Part shown: positions 19,569 to 27,880 of the stretch, one piece after another
Layout: every line of letters starts with the position of its first letter
Numbering within the stretch: position 1 is the stretch's first letter
Assembly (NCBI GenBank): GCA_937958295.1
Contig: CALFEY010000080.1
Location: forward strand, 1-58,361
From: an uncultured Pseudomonadota bacterium
GTDB taxonomy: Bacteria > Pseudomonadota > Gammaproteobacteria > Burkholderiales > Casimicrobiaceae
Direction of reading: 5' to 3'
DNA: 58,361 nt
Made by a program: the position numbers and the translations under genes
Notes under the pieces: model-generated
Told to the model about the DNA's origin: nothing
Databases searched by the model: none
The model's input: the letters and a program-made list of their open reading frames with translations, nothing else

Positions 19569-20558
19569 TCAATCGACGCGGACGCCGGCCTCTTTGATCG
19601 TCTTGGCCGCGCGGTCGCGCTCTTGCCGCAGGAAGGTGCCGAACTCCGCCGGCGTCGAGCTCAAAGGCTCCATGGCGGCACCCTGCATGAAGTTGCGCAC
19701 GGCGGGCGTCTGCAGCGCGATGACGAGCTCCTTGTGCATGCGATCGAGCACCGGCTGCGGCGTGCCCTTCGGCGCGACGAGGCCGTTCCACACGTACGCG
19801 GAATAGCCGGGATAGCCGGCTTCGTCGATCGTGGGCACGTCGGGCAGCAGCGGCGAGCGCTTGCTGCCCGTGACCGCGAGCGCCCGCAGGCGGCCCTCCT
19901 TGATGTGGTTGGCCATCGTGGCCAGCCCCGGCATGCCGACCTTGACCTGCCCGCCGAGCAGGTCCGTGGTCACCTGCGCGCTGCCCTTGTACGGGATGTG
20001 GGTCATCTTGAGATCCGCGCGGGACAGGAACATCGCCATGAACAGGTGCTGTGCGCTGCCGTTGCCCGACGACGCATAGTCCACCTGTCCCGGGTTCTGC
20101 TTCACGTAGGCCACGAATTCCTGCAGCGTCTTCGCCGGGAACGACGGGTGGACGACGAGCACCGCCGGCTCGCGGCCGAACAGCGAGATCGGCGCGAAGT
20201 CCTCCACCGGGTCGAAGGTGAGCTTGCCGTACAGGGACGGGCTGATCACCTGCGGATTGGAGGCGAGCAGCAGCGTGTAGCCGTCGGGGGCCGACTTGGC
20301 CGCCAAGTCGGCGCCGACCATCGCACCCATGCCGGGCTTGTTGTCGACGACCACCTGCTGGTTGAGCTGGCGCGAGAGCTCCTGCGCGATCACGCGCATT
20401 GGCGCATCGGACGCGCCGCCGGCGGAGTAGGGAACCACGACCTTGATCGGGCGATTCGGGTAATCCTGCGCGATAGCGGGGGCGAGGAGGGACAGGGCCA
20501 GCAGCGGCGCCAGCAGCCTGCGCAGGCGAAGGGGGCGACGAAACACGGAAAGGGTCAT
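19569..20558 (-). CDS. Bug/TctC tripartite tricarboxylate transporter substrate-binding protein
   Basis: Signal peptide, YPNRPIKVVVPYSAGGASD, NKPG, PDGYTL, SGNGS, HIPYKG; ATG 20558 with GGGAG RBS. Confidence 0.95.
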   Translation of the reverse strand: MTLSVFRRPLRLRRLLAPLLALSLLAPAIAQDYPNRPIKVVVPYSAGGASDAPMRVIAQELSRQLNQQVVVDNKPGMGAMVGADLAAKSAPDGYTLLLASNPQVISPSLYGKLTFDPVEDFAPISLFGREPAVLVVHPSFPAKTLQEFVAYVKQNPGQVDYASSGNGSAQHLFMAMFLSRADLKMTHIPYKGSAQVTTDLLGGQVKVGMPGLATMANHIKEGRLRALAVTGSKRSPLLPDVPTIDEAGYPGYSAYVWNGLVAPKGTPQPVLDRMHKELVIALQTPAVRNFMQGAAMEPLSSTPAEFGTFLRQERDRAAKTIKEAGVRVD

Positions 20559-20622
20559 CGGCGTGCTCCCAGTCAGGAGGTGGAGATCGACGGCTTGCAA
20601 GGACAGCCGCGCGCGAACGCCG

Positions 20623-20677
20623 ATGTTGCGGGACCGCAACGACGCGAACAACACCATCTCGTGAACAGTCTATTCAA
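20623..20677 (-). promoter_or_regulatory. Palindromic operator plus predicted promoter of the Bug/triple-Rid operon
   Basis: On the minus strand: TTGAA-TAGACTG-TTCAC (20677-20661), 9 nt, TTGTTC (20651-20646), 17 nt, CAACAT (20628-20623). Confidence 0.6.
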
Positions 20678-21626
20678 GTCCGTGGCGCAAGGCCGCCGGG
20701 CCGCTCTCGTGCACCATTCCGAGACGCCGGTCCCAAGGTGGGGCGTCGCCGAACTCGTCGACCAGGAAGCGCACGAGGGTCTGTACGCACTGCGACATCG
20801 TGGGGTTGGGCAGGTAGGCGGCGTAGAGCACGCCGGCGGGCAGCTCGTGCTGCGGCAGGAGGCGCACCAGGCGGCCTGCCACGAGGTCATCGGCCGCCGC
20901 CATGGTGGGCAGCGCCGCCACGCCAAGGCCGCCGCGCACCGCCTGCAGGATGCCGTCCGCGTTGTTGGCCCTGAAGCTGCCGTGCACGCGCACGGTTTCC
21001 TCCTTGGCGCCCTGGCGGAACTGCCACTCCCCCCGGCTGTTCGAGCAGTACAAGAGGCAATTGTGGAGCGTGAGGTCTTGCGGCACGGCCGGGGCCGGGT
21101 GGGTGGCAAGATAGTCCGGCGAGGCACACAGCACCCATCGCCATGGCGCGAGCCGCCGCGCCACGAGCGTGCGCAGACGGGGGATGTCGGCCGAGCGGAT
21201 GACGAGGTCCTCGCCACCGGTGACGAGGTCCGCGAAGCGGTCGGTGAGATGCACCTCCGCCGTCACGTCGGGATGCGCATGCAGGAAGCGCGTGAGCGCG
21301 GGCAGGAGATGAAGGCGACCGAAGGCGATTGCGGCGCTGATGCGGATGTGGCCGCCGGGGGCGTGACGGAACTGCTCGACCTCGTGCACGGCGCTTTCGG
21401 CTTCCGCGATCACGTGCTTGCAGCGGTCGTAGAACACGCTCCCGGCCGCGGTGAGGCCGAGCTTGCGCGTCGTGCGGTGCATCAGCTTCACGCCGAGCAG
21501 GCGCTCGAGGTCGGCAAGGTGCTTGGTGACAAGCGCCTTCGATACGTCGAGCTTTTCCGCGGCGGCGGAGAAGCTGCCGGTGTCGGCGATCGTGGCGAAG
21601 GTGACGAGGGCGTTGAGGTTGAGCAT
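20670..21626 (-). CDS. LysR-type transcriptional regulator (CrgA/DmlR-like)
   Basis: GSFSAAAEKL...LERLLGVKLMHRTTRKLGLT HTH and ASPDYL. Start placed at ATG 21626 (MLNLNALVTF). Confidence 0.95.
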   Translation of the reverse strand: MLNLNALVTFATIADTGSFSAAAEKLDVSKALVTKHLADLERLLGVKLMHRTTRKLGLTAAGSVFYDRCKHVIAEAESAVHEVEQFRHAPGGHIRISAAIAFGRLHLLPALTRFLHAHPDVTAEVHLTDRFADLVTGGEDLVIRSADIPRLRTLVARRLAPWRWVLCASPDYLATHPAPAVPQDLTLHNCLLYCSNSRGEWQFRQGAKEETVRVHGSFRANNADGILQAVRGGLGVAALPTMAAADDLVAGRLVRLLPQHELPAGVLYAAYLPNPTMSQCVQTLVRFLVDEFGDAPPWDRRLGMVHESGPAALRHGLE

Positions 21627-21729
21627 CGGGCGGGAAACGGGGAAGGACGTTGTCGCGGTGAGAATCGAGCGCGAGCCGCCGCCGTCATAATGTCCGCGCG
21701 GCGCCCGTCTTGCCGCCAATGATGACACC

Positions 21730-22356
21730 ATGGCCGATTCCCCTCCGCTCGTTGCCCCCCGCTCGCCGTCCGATATCTTCTGGTCTTTCGCGGTCCTGGC
21801 CCTGCAGGGCTTCGGCGGCGTGGCCGCCGTGGCGCAGCGGGAGATCGTCGAGCGCCGTCGCTGGATGTCGCGCGAGGAGTTCCTGGAGGAGTGGGCCGTG
21901 GCGCAGGTGCTGCCCGGACCCAATATCGTGAACCTCTCGATCATGATCGGGCAGCGCCACTTCGGGGTGCGGGGCGCGGTGGCCGCGCTCGGAGGCATGC
22001 TGCTCCTGCCGCTCGCGGTGGTGCTCGCGATGACCCTACTTTATGCCACCGTGCAGGACCACCCGGTGGCTCGCGGGGCGCTGCGTGGGATGGGCGCCGT
22101 GGCGGCCGGCCTGATCCTCGGCACTGCGCTCAAGATGATCGTCGCGCTGCAGGGCAATGTCATGGGCCGCGCGGCATGCGCCATCGTGGCGCTCGCCGGG
22201 TTCCTGGGCTTTACCGTGCTGGGCCTGCCGCTCATCGTAGTCCTTGGCGTGGTGGGGGCGGTGGCGATGGCGTGGGCGTATCGCGCGCTCGGCGCGTCGC
22301 CGCCGCCGGCGCAAGGCGCGACCGCACCGCAGGTGCCCGGGAAGCCGTCGCCATGA
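21730..22356 (+). CDS. chrA: Short-chain chromate transporter (CHR family), first subunit
   Basis: QGFGG, AQVLPGPN, multiple TM helices. Confidence 0.9.
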   Translation: MADSPPLVAPRSPSDIFWSFAVLALQGFGGVAAVAQREIVERRRWMSREEFLEEWAVAQVLPGPNIVNLSIMIGQRHFGVRGAVAALGGMLLLPLAVVLAMTLLYATVQDHPVARGALRGMGAVAAGLILGTALKMIVALQGNVMGRAACAIVALAGFLGFTVLGLPLIVVLGVVGAVAMAWAYRALGASPPPAQGATAPQVPGKPSP

Positions 22357-22913
22357 CGGGCATCGACTGGGCCTCGTTCTTCGGCCACTTCCTCGGGTGG
22401 TCGATCATGTCGGTGGGCGGGGCGATGTCCACCGCGCCGGCGATGTACCGTTACCTGGTGGACCAACAGCACTGGCTGACGGCGGCGCAGTTCACGCATG
22501 GCGTGGCGATCGCGCAGGCGGCGCCAGGGCCCAACATCCTGTTCGTGGCCGTCCTTGGCTGGAGCGCCGGCATGAATGCCGGGGGCTATGCGCAAGCCGC
22601 GCTGGGGCTCGTCGTGGCCACGGTAGGCATCATGCTGCCGAGCTCGCTCCTTACCTACGTCTCGGCGAGCTGGGTGCAGCGCCATCGCGGGCTGCGCGCG
22701 GTGCGCGCCTTCAAGCAGGCGATGGCGCCGCTGGTGGTGGCGCTGCTGTTCTCGATCGGACTCATGCTCGCCAAGGGCGAGTCGTGGCCCGCGCCTGCGT
22801 GGGCACTGTGGGCCCTCACCGCGGGCGCGGCGATCCTCGTGTGGCGCACGCGATTGCACCTGCTCTGGCTTCTCGGCATTGGCGCCCTGCTGGGGGCGAG
22901 CGGGCTCGTGTAG
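22353..22913 (+). CDS. chrA: Short-chain chromate transporter (CHR family), second subunit
   Basis: ATGA overlap with the first gene; SVGG, AQAAPGPN, LPSS. Confidence 0.9.
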   Translation: MTGIDWASFFGHFLGWSIMSVGGAMSTAPAMYRYLVDQQHWLTAAQFTHGVAIAQAAPGPNILFVAVLGWSAGMNAGGYAQAALGLVVATVGIMLPSSLLTYVSASWVQRHRGLRAVRAFKQAMAPLVVALLFSIGLMLAKGESWPAPAWALWALTAGAAILVWRTRLHLLWLLGIGALLGASGLV

Positions 22914-22932
22914 CGGCGCCGCGCGCGACGCG

Positions 22933-22988
22933 GTGAACAGTCAATTCACAGCAAGCGCTAGGTGCGGCCGGCAAATGGTCCTTACCAT
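22933..22988 (+). promoter_or_regulatory. Palindromic operator plus predicted promoter of the FAH gene
   Basis: GTGAA-CAGTCAA-TTCAC (22933-22949), then TACCAT -10-like box at 22983-22988; the -35 match is weak (TAGGTG). Confidence 0.6.
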
Positions 22989-23040
22989 CGGGTCCTCGCA
23001 GCGCCGCAGTGGCGCGCTTCAAAGCCGGGAGAGACTTGCC

Positions 23041-23913
23041 GTGAAACTCGCCACCTACTCGTACCGCGGACAGCGCGGCGTGGGACGCCTCACCGACGAC
23101 GGGGTGGCCGTCGTGCCCTTCGACTTGCCGGCTGCGGAGGCGGCGCGGGGACTCCTGGCGGTGGTGGAGCGCGCGGCGGCGGGCGCGCCCGCGCCTGCCG
23201 AGCGCAGCGCGGCGCTCCCGCTCGCGGAGGTGACCCTGGAAGCCCCCATTCCCCTGCCGCGCCGCAATCTCTTCTGCGTGGGCCGCAACTACCACGCGCA
23301 TGCCCGCGAGCTGTCGGGGTCGGTGTTCAAGGGCAACGCCCCGGATCCTGCGGCCTGGCCCATGGTGTTCACCAAGGTGCCCGAGTCCGTGGTGGGACCC
23401 GGCGACCCCATCGTGCTGCCGCTCGGCGTGTCCGACCAAATCGACTACGAGGCCGAGCTCGCGCTCGTCATCGGCCGCGGCGGGCGCAACATCCCGCGCG
23501 AGCAGGCGATGGCCCATGTCTTCGGCTACACGATCGTCAACGACGTCACCGCGCGCGACGTGCAGATGCGTCACGCGCAGTGGGACCTCGGCAAGTCCTT
23601 CGACACGTTCTGCCCGATGGGGCCGTGGCTCGTCACCGCCGACGCCGTCGACGCCGCGGACATCGGTGTGCGGTGCTGGGTCAACGGCGACCTGCGCCAG
23701 AGCGCGCGCACGCGCGACCTCATTTTCGACCTGCCTTCGCTGGTGGAGACGTGCTCGCGCGGCATCACGCTCTACCCCGGCGACATCATCGCCACGGGCA
23801 CGCCCGCCGGCGTGGGTCTCGGCATGACGCCGCCCACGTTCCTGCGCAATGGCGACGTCGTGCGCATCGAGATCGAGGGCATCGGCGTGCTGGAGAACCG
23901 GGTCACGCGCTGA
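23041..23913 (+). CDS. Fumarylacetoacetate hydrolase family protein
   Basis: CVGRNY, FTK, DYEAEL, NDVTARD, GKSFDTF, TGTPAGVG; GTG start at 23041 after GGGAGAG. Confidence 0.93.
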   Translation: MKLATYSYRGQRGVGRLTDDGVAVVPFDLPAAEAARGLLAVVERAAAGAPAPAERSAALPLAEVTLEAPIPLPRRNLFCVGRNYHAHARELSGSVFKGNAPDPAAWPMVFTKVPESVVGPGDPIVLPLGVSDQIDYEAELALVIGRGGRNIPREQAMAHVFGYTIVNDVTARDVQMRHAQWDLGKSFDTFCPMGPWLVTADAVDAADIGVRCWVNGDLRQSARTRDLIFDLPSLVETCSRGITLYPGDIIATGTPAGVGLGMTPPTFLRNGDVVRIEIEGIGVLENRVTR

Positions 23914-23985
23914 CGCGAGGCGCGTGGCGCCGGCGGCGGCGCCCTTGCGCCGCCTGGCCGCGGGTCGGGGGAGTCGGCCCGAGGG

Positions 23986-24852
23986 CTACTCGACGTTCTG
24001 CACCTGCTCGCGCATCTGCTCGATCAGCACCTTGAGCTCGAGCGAGGCCTGGGATACTTCACCGTCCACCGACTTGGAGCCGAGGGTGTTGGCCTCGCGA
24101 TGCAGCTCCTGCGCGAGGAAGTCGAGACGCTTGCCCGCGCTGCCGCCGGCGGCGATCACGCGGCGGACCTCCGCCACATGGGCGGTGAGACGGGCGAGCT
24201 CCTCGGCCACGTCCACCTTGGTGGCGAAGAGGGCGAGCTCGAGCTTCAAGCGCTCCTCGTTCGGGTCGAGCGCGGCCTCACGCAGGCGGGCCGCGAGCTT
24301 GTCGGTATAGGCGGCGTGGATGGCGGGCACGCGCGGCAGGACGCGCGCGACCTGCGCCTCGATGCCCGCGCAACAGGCTTCCAGCACCGCCGCGGTCTTC
24401 TCGCCTTCCCGCCGGCGGGCCGCGGCGAGATCGCGCAACGCCTGCGCGACGAGTCCGGCCACGCGTTCGGCCAAGGCAGCCGGCGGCACCGTGGGCTCGG
24501 CGAGCACCCCGGGCCAGCGCAGGATCTCGTTCACCGAAAGGGGGCGGGCGCCGGGAACCGCGCGCGTCACGTCCGCCGCCGCGGCGGCGAGCTCGCTCAC
24601 GCGCGTGGCGTCCACGGCGAGGCCGGAAGTGCCCTGCTGCGTACGATTGAGCGCCACGCGGCACTCGACCTTGCCGCGCCGCAGCGCCCCGCCGAGCGTT
24701 TCGCGCAGGGCCGGCTCACTGGCGCGCAGCTCGTCGGGCAGCTTGACGGTGAGGTCGAGATAGCGGTGGTTGACCGAGCGCAGCTCGACCGCGAGGGAAA
24801 CACCGGGCAATTCGGCCGTTACCGCCGCAAAGCCGGTCATGCTGAGGATCAT
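23986..24852 (-). CDS. yicC: YicC/YloC family endoribonuclease
   Basis: SMTGF, ELRSVNHRYLD, GKRLDFLAQELHREANTLGSK, EQMREQVQNVE. Confidence 0.96.
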   Translation of the reverse strand: MILSMTGFAAVTAELPGVSLAVELRSVNHRYLDLTVKLPDELRASEPALRETLGGALRRGKVECRVALNRTQQGTSGLAVDATRVSELAAAAADVTRAVPGARPLSVNEILRWPGVLAEPTVPPAALAERVAGLVAQALRDLAAARRREGEKTAAVLEACCAGIEAQVARVLPRVPAIHAAYTDKLAARLREAALDPNEERLKLELALFATKVDVAEELARLTAHVAEVRRVIAAGGSAGKRLDFLAQELHREANTLGSKSVDGEVSQASLELKVLIEQMREQVQNVE

Positions 24853-25134
24853 CGGAGTGTCCGTGGGCGCCCGCGGCAGGCGGGGGCGGATTCGTCAGGA
24901 AGGGTCGTGCTTTCCCGAGACGTCGGCGCAGGTCGCGCCGCGAAAAGTGCGCGTGCGCGGCGCCTTCCTTTACATTGGCGGCCGGGTTGTCGAGAATGTA
25001 TGCGTTATCAGGCGCCTGCGCAAGCATGCCAGGCCTTGACTGGCATGCGAATTGCGAGGCCTTGCTCCTCGCTGGCCGCGCCCGCCGGGGCCCGATACCC
25101 GTCCGCCCAAGCCTCGCGCAAAAAGAACCGACCC

Positions 25135-26073
25135 ATGCCCGTCACCAACCAGGCCTTAGCCGGCGGCTACCAGCTGCTCAACTACCGGATCGACCGGCAG
25201 ATCAGCCGCGGTGGCTTTTCGATCGTCTATCGCGCTTTCGACGAAGACGGCAGCCCGGTGGCCATCAAGGAGTACCTGCCGTCGTCGCTGGTGCTGCGCA
25301 CGGAAGGCGACATCGTTCGCGCGAGCTCGGCGGAGAACCTCACCTCGTTCCGCTACGGGATGAAGTGCTTCTTCGAGGAAGGCCGGGCGCTGGCCAAGAT
25401 CAATCACCCCAACGTGGTGCGGGTGCTGAACTTCTTCCGCGCCAACGAGACGGTGTACATGGTCATGCGCTACGAGCGTGGCCGCACCCTGCAACAGCAG
25501 ATCCAGATGCGCCAGGACCAGATGTCCGAGCGCCTGGTGCGCCACGTGTTCATGCACCTGCTGAACGGCCTGCGCGAGGTGCACACGCACAAGCTCCTGC
25601 ACCTCGACATCAAGCCCGCCAACATCTACCTGCGCACCGACGGCTCGCCAGTGCTCCTCGACTTCGGGGCCGCACGCCAGACGCTGACCAGCGCCCGGCC
25701 CAAGCTCGCCCCGATGTACACGCCCGGATTCGCGGCGCCCGAGCAGTATCGCGAGCCCGACCGCCTGGGTCCCTGGACGGACGTGTACGGCGTGGGCGCG
25801 TCGATGTTCGCCTGTCTCGCCGCGTTCGCGCCGCAGGCCGCCGACGCCCGCCTGTCGGAAGATCATCTCGTGTCCGCCAAGAAGATCTGGGCCGGCCAGT
25901 ACTCCGACAACATCCTCGAAGTCATCGACTGGTGCCTTCGTCTCGATCCGCTCGAGCGGCCGCAGAGCGTGTTCGCGCTGCAGAAGGCCATCCGCGACAT
26001 TCCCCAGGTCAAGCGCAAGCTCACCTTCTTCGGCAGCTTGAAGAAGCTTCTCTTCTCCGAGATCGGCGCATGA
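25135..26073 (+). CDS. Hanks-type Ser/Thr protein kinase
   Basis: RGGFSIVY, VAIKEY, HLDIKPAN, DFG, APE, DVYGVG; start at ATG 25135. Confidence 0.95.
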   Translation: MPVTNQALAGGYQLLNYRIDRQISRGGFSIVYRAFDEDGSPVAIKEYLPSSLVLRTEGDIVRASSAENLTSFRYGMKCFFEEGRALAKINHPNVVRVLNFFRANETVYMVMRYERGRTLQQQIQMRQDQMSERLVRHVFMHLLNGLREVHTHKLLHLDIKPANIYLRTDGSPVLLDFGAARQTLTSARPKLAPMYTPGFAAPEQYREPDRLGPWTDVYGVGASMFACLAAFAPQAADARLSEDHLVSAKKIWAGQYSDNILEVIDWCLRLDPLERPQSVFALQKAIRDIPQVKRKLTFFGSLKKLLFSEIGA

Positions 26074-26208
26074 GCTCCCGGTGCGGGGATCGTCCGGCGC
26101 GCCCGCCGGGGCGTGCTGCCGCACGCCGCCGCGGCGTGCCGCGCGCTGGCCGTCGCGAGTGCGAAGGAACCCGCTTGCCGCCGTCGCCCTTGACGTAAAA
26201 TCCGCGGG

Positions 26209-27129
26209 ATGCGCTTCACGATCTTCCAGGAGTCGCGCAAGGGCTCGCGCAAGGTCAACCAGGACCGTATCGCGTACACCTTCAGCCGCGATGCGTTGCT
26301 GCTCGTCGTCGCCGACGGCATGGGCGGCCACGCCGGCGGCGAGATCGCCGCGCAGATCGCCGCGCGGCTGTTCATCGAGCGCTTCCAGCAGGAAGCCAAG
26401 CCGATCCTCAAGAACCCCCTCAAGTTCCTGCAGGACACGATGATCCGCGCGCACTCCGCGCTGGGCTCGTATGCGAACCAGTTCTCCATGCTCGAGACGC
26501 CCCGCACCACATGCGTGGCGTGCATCGTGCAGGCCGGGCATGCTTACTGGTGCCACGTCGGCGACTCGCGGCTGTACCTCTTCCGCCAGGGCGGGCTCAT
26601 CGGCTCGACCAAGGACCACTCGAAGGTGCAGTACCTCGTGGACCAGGGCATTATCGGTGCCGACGAAGTGGTGGCGCACCCGGACCGCAACAAGATCTTC
26701 AGCTGCCTGGGCGGCCTCGTGGACCCGGTGATCGACCTGTCCCGCCGCACGCCGCTGCGCAACGGTGACGTGATCGTGATGTGCACCGACGGCCTGTGGA
26801 GCGTGATGGACCAGCGCGAGATCGCCACCTGGCTCACCTCCACGCCGATCCTCACCACCGCGCCGCAGATGATGCGCGAGGGGGAGAAGCGCGGCGGGGC
26901 GGAGGGCGACAACCTGTCGGCGATCGTGGTGCGCTGGGGGCCGGAAACGCTCACCGACGAGCAGACCACCACGATCACCGAGTCGCTCGGTATCGGCGAC
27001 TTCCAGACGCAGATCGATCGCACCCTCACCCTCACCGATCGCAAGGGCACGCAGCGCGACCTGACCGACGACGAGATCGAGCACGCGATCGAGGAGATCC
27101 AGTCGACGATCCAGAAGTATCGCCGCTGA
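26209..27129 (+). CDS. PP2C/PPM-family Ser/Thr phosphatase
   Basis: NQD, ADGMGGH, HVGDSRLY, CTDGL, GDN. Confidence 0.95.
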   Translation: MRFTIFQESRKGSRKVNQDRIAYTFSRDALLLVVADGMGGHAGGEIAAQIAARLFIERFQQEAKPILKNPLKFLQDTMIRAHSALGSYANQFSMLETPRTTCVACIVQAGHAYWCHVGDSRLYLFRQGGLIGSTKDHSKVQYLVDQGIIGADEVVAHPDRNKIFSCLGGLVDPVIDLSRRTPLRNGDVIVMCTDGLWSVMDQREIATWLTSTPILTTAPQMMREGEKRGGAEGDNLSAIVVRWGPETLTDEQTTTITESLGIGDFQTQIDRTLTLTDRKGTQRDLTDDEIEHAIEEIQSTIQKYRR

Positions 27130-27131
27130 CG

Positions 27132-27836
27132 ATGCGCCAGCTCATCATCGACACCGAGACCACGGGGCTCGACCCGAAGTCCGGGCATCGCATCATCGAG
27201 TTCGCGGCGCTGGAGATGGTCGACCGGCGGCCCACCGGCCGCTCGCTCCACCTCTATTTCGATCCCGAGCGCGAGATCGACTTTGGCGCCACGGAGGTCC
27301 ACGGCAAGACGTGGGAGGACCTGAAGGGCCGGCCGCGCTTCCGCGACCACGCCGGAGAGATCCTCGACTTCCTGCGCGGCGCGGAGTGGATCATCCACAA
27401 CGCGCCGTTCGACGTCGCGTTCATCGACTACGAGTTCGATCTGCTCCAGCACCCGCGTTGCGCGTCGGTGTACAGCGGCGTGATCGACACCCTCGCGCTC
27501 GCCCGCGAGACGTTCCCCGGCAAGCGCAACAATCTCGATGCGCTGTGCGAGCGCTTCGGCGTGTCCAATGCGCATCGCACGCTGCACGGCGCGCTCCTCG
27601 ACGCCCAGCTCCTGGCCGAGGTCTACCTCGCAATGACGCGCGGGCAGGAGTCGCTCACGATCGACATGGGCGAGTCCTCCGGCTTGTCCAGCCTCGCCGT
27701 GACCACGTTCGCCGAGGGGCGTCCCGCGCTCGTGGTGCTGCTGCCCTCCGCGGACGAGATCGCCGCGCATGAGGCCTATCTCGAGGCGCTCGATCGCGAC
27801 TCGAAGGGGCGCTGTCTGTGGCGTGCGGCCGCCTGA
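27132..27836 (+). CDS. dnaQ: DNA polymerase III epsilon subunit
   Basis: ExoI DTETTG, ExoII HNAPFD, ExoIII HGALLDA, MTRGQ. Confidence 0.96.
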   Translation: MRQLIIDTETTGLDPKSGHRIIEFAALEMVDRRPTGRSLHLYFDPEREIDFGATEVHGKTWEDLKGRPRFRDHAGEILDFLRGAEWIIHNAPFDVAFIDYEFDLLQHPRCASVYSGVIDTLALARETFPGKRNNLDALCERFGVSNAHRTLHGALLDAQLLAEVYLAMTRGQESLTIDMGESSGLSSLAVTTFAEGRPALVVLLPSADEIAAHEAYLEALDRDSKGRCLWRAAA

Positions 27837-27880
27837 GCGCTCCTTCGCACCGTCATCGGGCCGTCATGCGCGGCGTGTAA

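Noticed and set aside
16121-23985. Active mobile element or prophage
   Set aside because: No integrase, transposase, tRNA, att-like repeat or visible compositional shift.
24100-25134. Long N-terminal extension of the kinase ORF (657 aa in the track); similar extensions for LysR, dnaQ, rpoZ, the second chrA and ilvA
   Set aside because: Most extensions overlap neighbouring genes or promoter regions; family homology begins at the downstream starts reported.
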